Assembly (NCBI GenBank): GCA_000708835.1
Contig: DF237290.1
Span: 35,702-99,701 of the forward strand
Direction: 5' to 3'
Source: Klebsormidium nitens
Taxonomy: Eukaryota > Plantae > Klebsormidiophyceae
Length of the DNA stretch: 64,000 nucleotides
Shown: positions 48,379 to 61,700 of the stretch, piece after piece
Layout of the letters: every line of letters starts with the position of its first letter
Numbering within the stretch: the stretch's first letter is position 1
Program-made: the position numbers and the translations under genes
Notes under the pieces: model-generated
Told to the model about the DNA's origin: nothing
The model's input: only the letters and a program-made list of their open reading frames with translations
The model's database searches: none

Positions 48379-49720
48379 AGCGCGTCCCTATGTCAATCCG
48401 AGACTTGCTGATCATCTCGGGATATAAAAAGTCGTCTCGCCGAGTAGCCATGAACGGGGCTACTCCACGGTTGGACTGGAGAGCAGAGTTGGATCTGACT
48501 GAAGGCTTGTATCAAGACAGGTTCAGCGAGGGGACGCAACCCTGGGGTCAGGCAAACGGGTAAGCTGCGGGTCACGCCCCGAAAACTCTGATGGCTTCCT
48601 CTGAAACAATGCGCAAATCTAGCTTCTTCTTCCGTACCCAAAAGATGATCTGTGTCTTTGCTCTACTGCTTAGACTTCCAGCTCGCATTCGTTAATATCG
48701 GGCTTTTGAGGTCTTCATTGACTCTCAAATCTAGCCTTTCGGATCAGATCTGTGGGGGCAGACCTGACGCTTTCCATTTGCTGTGTCCTTAGATTGCACA
48801 TGGTCGCAACCGTGGCAAGGATCGTCCAGAACGTCAGTCTTCTTGACAACTTTAGACAGCCGACCTGCTGTTTTGACGCCGTTAAGAGGGCACTCATGGT
48901 GCATTTAGACATACTGGGCCGGAGGCTATCAAACACCCTGCCCGAACGACGGGACGTAGATGATTGACTCCGAGCATAGTGGTTGCATCAAAACCGATCA
49001 ATACGTAACGGCCGCCATCCCTGAGTATTGCAACAAAGCAGACCGCATGTTAGCCTTGGACTCGTGCGATGGGGATGCCTAGGGCGGCACAGGCTAAGGG
49101 GTTGTATCAACATGATGCAAGATCGAGATGTGGTTACTGTACATGTGCCCGACCCTGCGTCGGACGCACTTAAATCGTAGTGGATATACATGTGCAACAT
49201 TGCACAAAAGCATATGACCCTATATTGCCAGCACGCGAGATTTTGGCTTGCAGCGCATGCATTGCATTGGCCATCGTGGCACATTGGCATGTGCATATAA
49301 CCCCGCGGGACCACGTGTGCTCGACGATCGTAGCTTCGAGTTCACTTCCAGCCTGTTTGTTGAAATAGAAGTGCCAGAGGGTGTTGCGCAAGAATGCATG
49401 CCAATCTATCATGCGTGCCCCGCGCCGGCCTTCAGTTGCACCAAGCTCATGCTAAGATCCAAGCCTAAGAAACATTAGCCCAGGAATAAGGTTTCTTCCT
49501 GGTCCGCAAAATGTCTTGATCAGTGATCTCATCAAACGAAAAGGGCAGATTCTCGAAGCTTTACGTGCTGCTTAACCATCTAGCTGCTTCAACAAGTTCC
49601 TTAACTAATAATGCGTGCACATCATCGCCAAACACCTCTATTGCTCATCTTCACCTTTGCCAAACTAAGCGCTGGAACTGGAGGGGACTTTCAGCACGGC
49701 GCAACCACCTCTTTAGCGCA

Positions 49721-52700
49721 TTACTCACTATCCCCTGCAAGCTTCGTCGCTCCAGCGGAATCGTACCTCTCCGTCAACTCCCTAGCAAACGCATCTAGCG
49801 TGGCTTCTTCTAGATCCGGCACCTCGACATCTACCGTCTCGCCGTCTATCCTGTCCCTAGCAAAGCTATGCAAATACGCGGGGTCATAGTGTTCATGCAG
49901 AATGTCCTCGCAGAACTCCTCCTCCCAGCCGGGCGGGTGCGAGTCAATCAGCGCAAACCAACGATCGACGGTCTTGTTCCCCCGCAGTCGGCGGAGGTGG
50001 TCAAGCTTGCCTTTTAACCGTGGCCGGCCAGCGTCGTCCCAGAAATGCGTGTACCCCGCTGAGGTGTGCTTGACGCGCCACTCCATCGGCACGTGCACCT
50101 GGGCACGTAACGAGCAGAACATTTTTTTGGGAAAAAAAACCCATAGTTGCAAACAATGTTGCGCTTCTTTGCAGCTGCACGCCAGCCGGATGCCCAAAAG
50201 ACATCAAGCGATTTTGGGAGGTTACGCGCCGGCTTCACCTCCAACACCAGAACGTGGCAGTTCCTAAAATCTGCAATATCAAAAGAGCCTATTATAGCGG
50301 GGTGGGTCTTTTCCAAAAGCTCGGCATCCTGATTATTGATCAGGCCTCCTGATTGCTGCCGCACGCATCACGAGTTAGACTTAACCTCGTCATGGCCTGT
50401 CCCCGCCCTCTGTTCAAGGACCTGCATATAAGTCGTTATCTGCAGATTGAGGCCCAGTGGTTTTGAAATCCTCATTGCCCTCAACTGCTCAACTCCTTCT
50501 CAAGCCCACAGTCATCACGGTCTATTCACGCACTGCGCCGCCTCCATACGCATAGTTTCAACTCTTTGACACGGCTCGTTTGCGATAAAACCGTCGAAGT
50601 CCCCAAAAACCCACCTGCGTGTGGGTCGTTGTCCGCATTGTCATCACCAACGGTTTCGGAACTTTTAGCTTTCCCAGCAGGCTCGACTCCCCCTCTACGA
50701 ACGTTACCCGCCGAGGGGTGTACCCGCGCATCTGGTGGAAGATGTGGCTCTCCATCAGCTTCTGGCTGGGCTGGCCCTCGCCCCCAGGAGCGTCGCCCAA
50801 GATAGACCCCCGGTGATTGGCCGCGGCCTCCAAGTCGAGCACCTGACGAAGCGAAAGTAATGTGAGTTCGTTATCCGATCGAGCTTCGACGTCAGGCAGA
50901 GACAGAGCGCAGGTCCGCAGTGCAACAGATCTCAAGGGACCAGATATGACGACAGCAAAGCCCGGAGGAAGACAGGGAAGCGGAGCCAAGTGCTTGTTTC
51001 TTAAACACGCACTATGCAGCAGAACACGGAAAGAAACAAGTGACAAGAGGCAACGAGCAGACCAAAATGCAGGGTACGATGAACAGAGATTACGAAAGGA
51101 TTACGAAAAGATTACGAGAGGACTATAACCAGGGTATGATAAACAGTAAGTCTAGCCAGTTAACCAGTCGCCCACCTGTGCGCCGTGTCGCCGGAGCGCG
51201 TCGAGCATGAGGCCCTTGCCGCTGCCGGTCTTGCCGGAGATGACGTGGACGGGCCACGTGCCCAGGCCCGCCATGAACGCGCGCACCTGCGCGCGGTACG
51301 TCTTGTAGCCGCCCTTGAGCATGAACGTGGGCCACCCGACGCGTGACACGGTGTGTGCGAAGAAACCGGACCGCTCCCTGTCGAAGATGCAAAAGGTCAA
51401 GTTGCAACGTTGTGAATTGACGATTCTTAATGATGCTTTCGAAGGCTGGGCAAAGCCGCATCGAGCATGGAAGTGAATGTCGAAATGAGACTGTGTATGC
51501 GGAGTAGCGGACGCTCCCTGCAATCCTGTGTGTTTCTTCGGGTTTCTGATTGCTTTTTTCAAAAACGGAGAAACCTTTAAATGAAGAACCGTGGAGCGGA
51601 AACCTTCCAGGGGGTGCTCGCACGTATTCGTTTACGTGAACTTGGGCCACCCGACGCTTGCGCCATCTTGAAGAAAACAAGGTTCGAACTTGCTTGGAAA
51701 AGAACGACACCAAGGAGCGTGAGGATGGCGGGGACTAAGGAATATAAGACGTGAAATCCCTCACAGTGCCGCCAGGAAAACGGGGGACCAGCTGACTATA
51801 CAGCGCATTTCAGGCATGCTGCACGTTTCAGGTACCTATTTAGGTCTAACTTAGAACTCAGATAGAACTTAGAAACGCGTTACAACCCGATTAAGCTAGA
51901 CTATGTTTACGTTACCAATCAACTTCGGTAATGGTCGGGCAAATCGGCCCGCGACTGGCTTAGTTGAAATGTAACGCAGGCCTAAGATCGGAGAACTTAG
52001 CTTAGTTGATCGGTAACGTTGATCTTACATTGGTCCTATCGAACTTCTAAGTTAGACCTAAATAGGCACCTCAAACGTGCAGCATGCCTGAAATGCGCTG
52101 TATCAGATCGTCGTTCGAAAACGGCAGAAGAAGCTGATGATACTTACTCCTCTGGGAAGCCATAAGTGTCACTCCGTCTGCCTTGGAGCATCATCTGAAG
52201 CTTCTTGGAATCCGTCAGAGACAATCGAGGTTTTGGCCCCAATACGCAGGAACCTGGCAGATGCACACTCTGTGAGGAGATGCGCGAGCATGACGTGGAC
52301 GACGCGAGCTGACGTCACCCAGCGGCTCGGACCAGACAGCGGCTCACCCGCCCCTCCAGCAGTAGACGAGTACGCGCGCATCCTTGTCGAGGTCCACAAA
52401 CTGCTCCTGGAAGATGCGCGCGATGTTCTTGGCCACCATGGCCGCGCCGATGCGCCGCGCCTTGAATGGACTCTCCTGCAAAGAGGGCAGCCAGTATTGA
52501 GCCGATCGTTTTTGAGAGTGATGGGGTCTCAGTGTCTTGTGTGAACGATCGGTGTTAAGGCCTGAGCGTTGGACGGCCTGTCCTGCTACGGGTACAGACT
52601 TTTGCGGATGGGTCTGTTAAATTCATTGGGTTGCAGAGACTTAAGAGAATGGTCTTAAGGCCTGGACCTTTAGCGACTGACAACGTTCTTTGAAAAGGTA

Positions 52701-54646
52701 ATGGACATTTGTGAGGGTGGAAGGCGCCAGCTGAGAATGAAAGGGGCACGATTCAGGGGCAGTGAAGAGGTTATGGCATCCTTGTGTTGAGGCAAAACCC
52801 TTGGTTGCGAGGAAGAGAGGCTTGGACTGAAAGCAACGACAAATTCACTGATCATTTTCAAGTGGTTCCTGGGCACTCTTCTGTATACCATCGCCCTAAC
52901 AGTTCCACGCTGTTGTTTGACCTACCAACGAGCAGTAGATTATGATTCATCAGCAGCGCCAGCTTCAAAGTACGCGCTCACAACTCGGCCCCGCAGACCA
53001 AACGCCCTCCGCATTTCTACGGGCCAATCAAAAGCGGTCTTCATGAGACCCCGTCTGTCCTTACCTGCTTGTAGATCGTCCCCACAATTGCGCGCTCCTC
53101 GTTGTCCAGAACAGGGCAGTTGATCGCCCCAATGACGTGGTCCTCTTCATATTCCCCAGGGCTGCGCACATCCACCGCCAGGTCGAAGTCCTCGGCATGA
53201 ATAAGCTCCGTGTTGTCGTCCACATATCTGCCGCAAAGGGGGGAATCAGAAGATTGGGGACGAAGAGAGGTTGCTATGTAAGAATCCAAAAATCTTATTG
53301 AAGGGCTGAGAAAAGAGAGATAATTTTGATGGAGAGCGATTAAGCTCTGTCTTCGTTTTGTCGTCCATACGAATCCAATAAACATGGGACAAGGTCATAA
53401 CCGAGGAGTGTGAATGAGCTTCAGAACCACACAGGAATGTGTCAAAAACAAGGAGCGTACTTATATCGATCCCACTCCTGGTCAAACACCTGCCAGATCA
53501 AGACTACTTTTTGCCAAGGATCTGCAAGTTTCAAAGTTTGCGAGTTCAGCCTGTACCAACGCACACGCATTGCTGAAAAGGGGATGGTTTCAAACTAATT
53601 GAATCTAACTAGCCGCCATGTCTTCGTGTTGGAGCCCTGAGTGTGTAACATTGTCACCAGTCTGGGCCTTACAGAGCGTCATGAAGTCAACAGAAGAGCA
53701 TGCTTTCATACACCAGCATTCTTCAATCATACCTCGCATATCCAACGTCGAATTCTCACCGCACTCTCTTGCCTAGGTCCAAGTACTCCCTCTCCCCTCC
53801 TTCCAATGTCGCTTCTCTTCCCTCCAGGCGTGCTTTCCACTGGGGTTCTTCTGTTGGCTCCACTCCGTCCTGGCCCGACGTTGAAGCCTCCCCTCCAGAC
53901 TCTCGTCTCGCAAGCTCGGCTTTCTCAAGGGCTCTTCTTGCCGCCTTTCTCTGCCGCGCAGGGGGCAACTTCGCCTTTGGTTCTATACCCCCCCCAGTTT
54001 GTGATTCACCACTTGCCGACGTGCTAGTTGTATCTACTGAAGACCCCTCGGGCACCCGGTCGAAAGAACTTTCTGTGTCAGAATCATGTCGAGTTGATGG
54101 TTCAGCAGTTCCACAAGCAAATCGGCCAGCTTCGGGAGTGCCACACTCTCCGTCAGTCTCTTGGACTGAAGGACTCTGTTGAGGCAGTGCAGTGGCATTA
54201 GTGACTGGCGCCGGGGTTGCCAACAGCGCCCCATGGTTTCTGCGTGACCGCATGTCAGGAACGTGGTCCAAGGGCGCTGCGCTTCGCATGCCCTTGCTCC
54301 CAAGAACTCTCATGGGTTGATGCAGCGAGAAAGAGCCACTTGGTTCAACTGGGAAGCAAGGCAACTGTATGGAACCACGCCCAAGGCCATGGCCTTTTAA
54401 AACAGACGTCTTGCTGACTGACATGAACACTCTGTTCACATTCGCTGCGGCTGTGCTGATGGTTGAGAATGCTGTTGAACCACTCTCACACCTAGCTGGT
54501 TGCGCAGGATGCCAGGAGCGCTTCAATGACTCAGGGATGTCCGGCAACGTAGTGATCCTGGCCATTTGCTGTGTTCTCCACAGAGAATGATGTGTGAGAA
54601 ATAGATCGACCAGTGGACGACTTTTCTGCAGCAGGTGCAGACACAT
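49721..54646 (-). CDS. mnmH: tRNA 2-selenouridine(34) synthase MnmH/SelU/YbbB homolog with a long N-terminal extension (about 661 aa)
   Basis: Exons 53760-54646, 53065-53227, 52348-52475, 51176-51377, 50615-50842 and 49721-50098. Rhodanese motifs DVRSPGEYEEDHVIGAINCPVLDNEERAIVGTIYKQ and YCWRGGERS, then LKGGYKTYR, P-loop GKTGSGK, DLEAAANHRGS, EGES and HYDPAY. The start codon is uncertain. Confidence 0.9.
51636..51657 (-). repeat. Intronic remnant copy of part of SelU exon 51176-51377
   Basis: gtgaacttgggccacccgacgc versus the exon sequence atgaacgtgggccacccgacgc at 51321-51342 (20/22 identical), followed by a remnant gaagaaa. Confidence 0.65.
51801..52100. mobile_element. 300-bp MITE, Tc1/mariner-type (CAG...CTG ends, TA flanks), inside a SelU intron
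   Basis: 56-bp terminal inverted repeats (51801-51856 and 52045-52100) with 2 mismatches, TA on both sides, AT-rich non-coding interior. Confidence 0.88.
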
Positions 54647-55416
54647 GAGTCGTGCAGAAAGGGCCCAGTGAGCTGCTGCAACGTTTTCAAGGAATCAGTG
54701 TGCGCACAATCATTCTGGCAAAATATGCATGCTGCCTACGGTGGTGGCGCTGAAATAAGGCAGCAAGTGGTGCTTCCTATTGGCCACATTTGCTGAGGAC
54801 TCCATCAATTGATGTTCACAAAATGTGGAAAGGCAATAATAGTAGGGCCCCAAGAATCTGTTTCTAACCAAAACTGATATATAGCTGAATGACCTTCACC
54901 GCCTGGCTCTGCGTAGTCTGGACTCCGGAGGCATAACATCGTCAAACAAACTGGTGTGCCACCACAGCTACGCCTCGCATTATGCTGGAGCGCGTTCCAC
55001 TGAGCTTGAACATTGTGGCAGGGATCGGATTAGCAGATGAGCCTGATCTCGATTCTCGGAAGTTCTCCTCGTCTGCCTCGTTCCCGAAGCTCAGCGGTGT
55101 AACACTCATACGTGGCACGAGCTTGACCAATCAAAGTCCAGAGTATCGCCAAAGGGGAAGTTTTCACACAGTCCATAGCGAAAGGACGATTGACGCGTCG
55201 AGCCGGTTAATCGCAACGTCGCGTCGCGTCAGGCTGACCCGGACTCCGGGGTAATCGTACTAGAGTAGAACCTGATACAAGGGACCAGAAACAACCGGCG
55301 GTTTGCGAGCCGTCTCTTTCCCTCCGCCAGCAATACAAAGCCGCTCTGGCCATGTGAAAGAGCAGGGGTTGAACCAGGTTGAGCATCTCGAGATCTCGCG
55401 TGGAGCAGCCATACCC

Positions 55417-55687
55417 GTAGCGACAAGGGAATTCACCTGAAAATAATGATTTTGGGGTCAGTGTGAAAATGTTGAAACTATTTCGGATCTGAGGGTGAAA
55501 TGGTGAAATAACAAATACTAATCAAGGCAGCTTCAGACTGCTCAAATATAGGGCAAAATGGGTCAAAAAAACCAAAATCGCCCGTTGTGTGAAAAATGTT
55601 GGAAACTAAACACAGGGCTGGGTGAAAACTAAAATCTTTCGAAATTAATTATTCACACAAAAAGGTGGTGAATTCCCTTGTCGCTAC
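55417..55687. mobile_element. AT-rich MITE-like element (about 265-271 bp) in a divergent intergenic region
   Basis: Perfect 21-bp inverted repeat gtagcgacaagggaattcacc at 55417-55437 and 55667-55687. It can be read as an 18-bp TIR with a TA target duplication. Confidence 0.8.
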
Positions 55688-55992
55688 AGCGACGGTAGTG
55701 CTGTACAACTTTTTGAATTGCGTTCCAAAAAAAGCGCCACAGCCTCGTGCAGGGGAATGCTCTCGCCCCCACAATCAGATTCAGAAGAGGATCCTAGATT
55801 TTCAAGAAGTCAACAAGAGGAGTTATCAGTGTAAGGTGAACAGAAGCAATCTGGTCGCTTCTTTCTATTTGACGGGCAATCACACCAGCTCCGGAATTCG
55901 AAGGCCCAAATTGTTGTGAGTTGAGTCAGAAGCGCTTCCAGAATACCTTCAAAAGGTGAACTACTCTCACAATCTGCGGCTGGACGTCAGCG

Positions 55993-57573
55993 ATGTCTGC
56001 GGCGCTTTACAGACCTGTTGGAAGCGGGGGTGTTCTCGTACGAAGCCCCGAGATGCTAACAACGCATGGCGCAACCAGGCACAGGTCACAACTTGTCCCA
56101 GGATGGAGTACGCTGTGTCCAACTGCTCTGCAGCTTCCTTTTCCAGGGTTTGCTTGCCAGGTATGGGCCTGTTGACAAAAGATCTAGTGTTCACTTAGAA
56201 CCGGCCAGAGTGGCGGGACTTCGATCTTTCTGACATTAAGAATGTCGAAAGCAATGCAAAAGTGCCCAGGGTGCATTCTAGTTTGCCTCACTTCAAGCAT
56301 AAGTTGCAATTTGTCAGAGCAAAGATGAACCTTTGAAAGGAACTGCCATAGAAAAGTGGCAGCCTTCGAGGCGCTGTACTCAAGTTGCTATTTGCCATTC
56401 ACTTTGAGATTTGCTCTTCTCGATCAGGGTGGGCGAAAGCATACGGGTAGTCGCAATGCTGTCATTTATAGCTGGTCGCTAATGGTTTCTTTCAGAAGGC
56501 TCTTTGCAGTTCTCAGCCTTAAGGGTTCGCTGGTTGCGCTGATAGTCCAGCCTCAAGGAATGAGGGTGCCTGTTTCCAAAGAAAGCCGCTGAAGGCCGAA
56601 CTGCTGCATCGAATAGCTGAAAAACTGAGACTTTGACACTGGCAGGAGCACACTTCGAAACTTGTTTCTATCCCATTCCAGCATTCTGCAGCTGATGTTT
56701 GGTGTCTGCTTCATCATGGCCAGGTAAAAGCAAGGCCCATCACCTGCAGCAAGCTTCCCCGAAAGCACCGGGAGCAAAGGGACATTCCCTACAACGTCAT
56801 GGTTGTCACACCACCCCCCAGAAAGCTTGGTGTACATCGAATGCCAGTGGTGAGCTTCCTTCTCTGCTATGACCGACCTAGTTTACCTCCAGACGCCTTT
56901 CTTGATCATGAGGCTGGTTGGTGTTGCTAGTTAGGTGTTGTCAACAGGTTGTGCAAGCTCGCTTCCTGAGGTGATTCAAGTCTCAAGTCGAAGCTAACTT
57001 AGAGTTGGCGTCCTGGTCCTTGCAAATTGGCCGCCTTTGATTTGCACACCGGTTTGGTGGCAGCCCATTCGCGTCGAACTCTGTGTTGCTCATCCTGCTT
57101 GAGAAGAGTGTTTGTGGAAAAGATTTTTCTGGTTGTTGGGGTATCTTGCGCTTCCTTGCAATTCATCTGATTGTAGAGCGAACTTATTAGTACCCGCTGT
57201 GTTGGATTGTCTGACATCATGTTTTCCGCCAACCTCACTCCAAGCTTACCTCACCATTCACCGGCGGCCTGGTTTCCTTCTCTGCTAGAGGGATCCCCCT
57301 CGAGCTGGATATAAATGCCCCTTAGAATAGAAAGCTTTTGTAAGTGCGTCTGAATTGACTCAACTCTGTGCCTCTTCTGTGCTGCAGAATGTGCATTGCG
57401 GGGAAACATTGACCGTCGAAGATGAGTACTACGTGGTCTCTGGGGTAAGTTATCGTTATAAGCTACATAGAGGCCGTTATGACTCCAATCACAAGGAGTC
57501 TACATTAGAGGTCCAGCAAACGTCCCGATACGTCTTAAACACGTATCTTGAACAATTGCTGGAGAAAACCTGA
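55993..57573 (+). CDS. Uncharacterised conserved green-lineage protein, probably plastid-targeted (about 173 aa)
   Basis: Phase-0 exons 55993-56160, 56682-56849 and 57388-57573. The core reads DIPYNVMVVTPPPRKLGVHRMPVNVHCGETLTVEDEYYVVSGVSYRYKLHRGRY...EVQQTSRYVLNTYLEQLLEKT. Confidence 0.7.
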
Positions 57574-58795
57574 CGTTGTGTTGATAACGTGTCCTGCCTG
57601 GGTCTTTCGAGTTGGGCAGAATCGGAAGTTACTGTACATACCTGTTACAGCAGTCTGTGGCTGTGTTCAAGTTCGTGAGCAAGCAGCTTTGATTGGACAG
57701 ACTGGTCATGGCCAGATCAGAACGTCCATTTCGTTTCTCACCTCTCTCTCTGGCGAGCACGGAACTCATGGCTGATAGCCACCACAATCGGCTAGCTTAT
57801 GTATATGAATGCTACTTATTGTACTAATCAGCACAGCTTAGTATCGATTTACCTTTGCTCTAACGTAGCCTGTCGGTAATGTGTACTGCGACATCATCGA
57901 CTGGCCCGCGAATCTTTGCATTATTTTGCATCCTTTGCAATACTCAAATGAAGTAAAGCTGGCCCGACGGCATGCATAGTATCATTTGAACACGCCGAAT
58001 TTCAGCTCAAGGTTATGCGCACTGGCACACCTGACAAGGTGGGCAGGCCCCATGGGCCCTTATAGCATAAATTCTTCGAGGGATTGTCAGTGCAGTACAC
58101 ATCAGTGCATGCCTTCATCATGCTGAGGTCAATTAAGCAGCGGCGCCGCCGCCTTGAATCACAGATCGCAATTGTTCTGAATGTCGAATATGCAGCTAAT
58201 GCGGACGACTGGCGACCTGGAAGTACACACTTATATATCGACATGCAGGTGTAATAGTAATCATGCAAGTAAGTAAAAATCCTAGGAGAGTCTCACACAT
58301 GCTGGCTGGCTATCAGTTGCCTGATCCACACGATTTTGAAATATGTTGCTGATCCAACTAGGATTCAGGGATATATGTTGTTCTATCTTCGCAGCAGAAT
58401 GCTGTTGATATCCACCAAAAGACGGATCAAGAGCGCCACTACTAAAGCATAGGCAGCATGAATCGGAGATTGAGGAGATTCTTGTTAGTGGCTGTAGACA
58501 TACGCGTAACATCTCAAGAAGGACCTTTCATTCACGCAGCTTATTCACACAGAAACTGGCAAGATGCATTGCTTGAGAGCCGTGACAGATCGATCTTAAA
58601 ATGCCAGATCTGTCTTATGAAGCAATTCTCTTGATGCAGCTTTTCATCTTCATGATGGACTCACCACCAAGGTATACGCCTTGAAAATATGTTGAAAAAG
58701 TTTGATGCTTTGGAACTGGCAATTGCTTGCTTTGGTTGCGATATCCCTATCAAATGCAATCCGAATCTAACGTCCAACGTGCTGGCCCGCCTCAG

Positions 58796-61700
58796 CTACG
58801 GTTCTGAGCGGAACCTCTTCGTGGACTGGTAGATGGGATCAGCTACCTGCGTTGGGCAGGAGCTTGGCTGGATCAGAGAAACCCATTTGAAGATTCTGCT
58901 GCTGAAGAGGTGCATGTAGAGATATTGGAACGGCATTAAGAGCAACCTCAAGCAGCATGGGGTTGCGGGGAGACTGCGACTTGGAGAATGATCGAAACAG
59001 CGAAGTATAAGAGTAAACTCACGACGCTTGCTTTCCGGAGGATCTCATTCGCAGGCTCCTGGCTGTCCATGAACACGAACTCGGTTGGGGGCCTTTTGGC
59101 CTTTGTCCTTGGCTTGGAAGTGCTTGCAGCAGGACGAGAGGGAACAGGAGGAGGCCGTTCGGATTTGTCGGGCTTGCCGCTCTCGGTCTGCGGAGCAGAA
59201 ACGCCAAATAGTTGTCAGGCACTGTTTGGACCCTCAAGGAAGCGGAAAGCACTCTGGTCATAAGGTTGCCTGTGCATAGTCACATAGTCTTCGAAGTCTT
59301 TGTCAGTAAAGTCCCCAATGTACGATGCTTTTGAAAAGTTTGAAACACGCCTTGTACTCACCTTCTTGAGTGGTTGTCCGTCTGTCTGGATACTCAGGTC
59401 GGGAGCAGCGGCCTGTTGCCTTGTTGCTTCAGAGCCAAGTGAACGGAGACCTCCGACAGTGGAGGGGTTGGGTTCCGCAGCTTTGACATTCAAAACTGCA
59501 AAAACCCGTTGAAGGAAGTGTTACCTGGCCTACGATATACAGGCGTGATGTGTGCGGCAATCGACAGTGTAAGAAAAGATAGCTTTAATATGCAGGTTTA
59601 ACGCATTGTTTCAGTTTCATATCTGCACATGCATCACAAGAGCGGTAAGCTTACTCGCATCCTGCTTCTCTTCGTTCGGTAAGCTGTCGGGTTGACCCAC
59701 GGTCAAGGCTGTAAAAGCCTGCAAGGAACGAGATCTCTTATATGTCACCAAACAGCAACGAAAGCGGATGCGACAAAGTAATTGCAATTTTCAGTCGAAG
59801 AACCTGAACAGCCACGAGACATCAAAAGCTGCCCATCAGGAAGGAAGCTGACCTTCTGCAGCTTCGTCTTGTCGATTTCTTTCCGCAGAACTCGTCGTCC
59901 TGGACAGAGAGGACGTTGTGCATGTTAGCGCCGAACAGTTGATCGTACATGAAGTCGAAAATCAACACAACATTGAGTACTTTTGAAGAGTTTGACACAA
60001 AAGACTGTAAATGCGTAAGGTAGAGATATCTAGAGCCAGCTCAATCCTCACCCATGCGCCTGTTGGTTGGAGTCTCCTCGATGTAGCCTTCTGCGGCCAT
60101 GCGCTCTACAAGTGTCTTGGTTTTCGCCTGTGTGACATCTTTGCCCAGCTTGTTGTGCAGCTTTGCAATGGTGACGTATTGCATTGGCAGAGCGTGGTAT
60201 AGAGCCTGCATCAAGGGAGCAGAACATTGGGGAAGTCTTGAGATTCGCTTGCATCTGAGGGCGCCTGATGCTTGGACACTTTGGCCAGGTAAAACAAAGA
60301 TCTGTCAACGAGGCGTACGAGAAGTTCACGTCGTTCACCCCCGTCTTCAAGGTCATAGAGTGATTCTTTTTGAAGGAGGATTGTATTGCGCGAACAGTAC
60401 GGATCGAATATCGTTGCCAGACTTGTCTTCCTTACCTTCGTATACATGGACTCTTCAGCGGAGCATTCGCCCTTCTCCAATGGACCTTTTTTCTCTGCAA
60501 CTGGCTCCTATCAGAGTGGAGAAATAGTCGTGAGTTGGCTAGCAGTTTTAGTAACCAGATGCTTTCAGCAGAGAGCAGGTGTTTTTCAATTCACTCCATG
60601 TCTTATGCAACAAAGAAAGGAGTGAGGTATTAACGCGAGCTGGAGGCAGCAGATTGCGGTGGACCCTAAATTTGCAGGCAAACTTGCAGTCGGAAGGTCT
60701 CACCTTTCCACAGATTTCAAATCTGTCTTGCTCCACGCATCGAATACTGCCGTCGGACTCCAAACCTTTCAGGACATCTAAAAACAGCATAAGGAGTCAC
60801 TTGTTAGCCTGGATTACCTACGAGAGCTAAAAGGTGGACGGTGCGTTGAAGATGTTCTTCCCAAGGAGACTGACAGTTTTCAAAGCGTAGTAGTCTCTCA
60901 CCTTCCAATATGGAGGCAGAAAGCTCCGGAAACTCGCAAAGCACTTCGTTGAAGTCGAAGGTCGACGTCCTTCGGTTCTTGATCCACGTCTTGAGGCTAT
61001 CCGAAGCCTCCGTTTTAAGCTGCAGGTTGTCAGCTTCTTCCCCGATCGACGAGTGGCCTGCAGGTATGATAGCATAACAATCGGCGAAGGATCACACTAA
61101 CGTGGCGAGCAGGACTCTTGTGTAGTCAATCTAGATTCAATTGTTTTCATGTGGTTTATCTGAGGTTTGTAGTCATACAATGTGGATTGCAGTACCGACC
61201 GGAATCGGTGACCTACCTGCTTGTCGCTTCATGTCAGTTTGAGCCCCATCGTCGTCCATTTTCTTGACCTGCGGATATCGACATACAAGATCGGTCGGTT
61301 GTTATTTTTAAGTGCCTACCAGAAAGGCAAACGGCACAGACTGAATCTCTGCGCCTGAGTAGTAGATAAAAGGCAGCTGGATTGTGTTTCCGCAAAGGAA
61401 AGGGATTGTTGCTCGCCTCCTTAGCCGTGACGACATGTTCAGCGATCGATTCTGCTCCCATCCGGTAATCGTCTTCGAGTTCCTCCGCAAAGTTCTCGTC
61501 GTCCGATTCCTCTTCTTCGCCCTGAATCTCGCCCATACTTTCAGAAGCGGCACCGTTATTCTGCTCAGGGCAGTCCGGATCCAACAGGCTCTTGATCTTG
61601 AGCGCAATCTTATGATGTCGGCTGCCGAGTGCCCCCACCCTGCATGCCGAGTCATACAAGTTGAGTTTGTGAGCTCTTCACGCTCCGTGCTAGCTTTCAA

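Noticed and set aside
48900-49500. Palindrome-rich intergenic stretch (ACATGT, TGCA, tgcgtcggacgca)
   Set aside because: No terminal repeats, TSD or recognisable RNA structure that I could support without a search.
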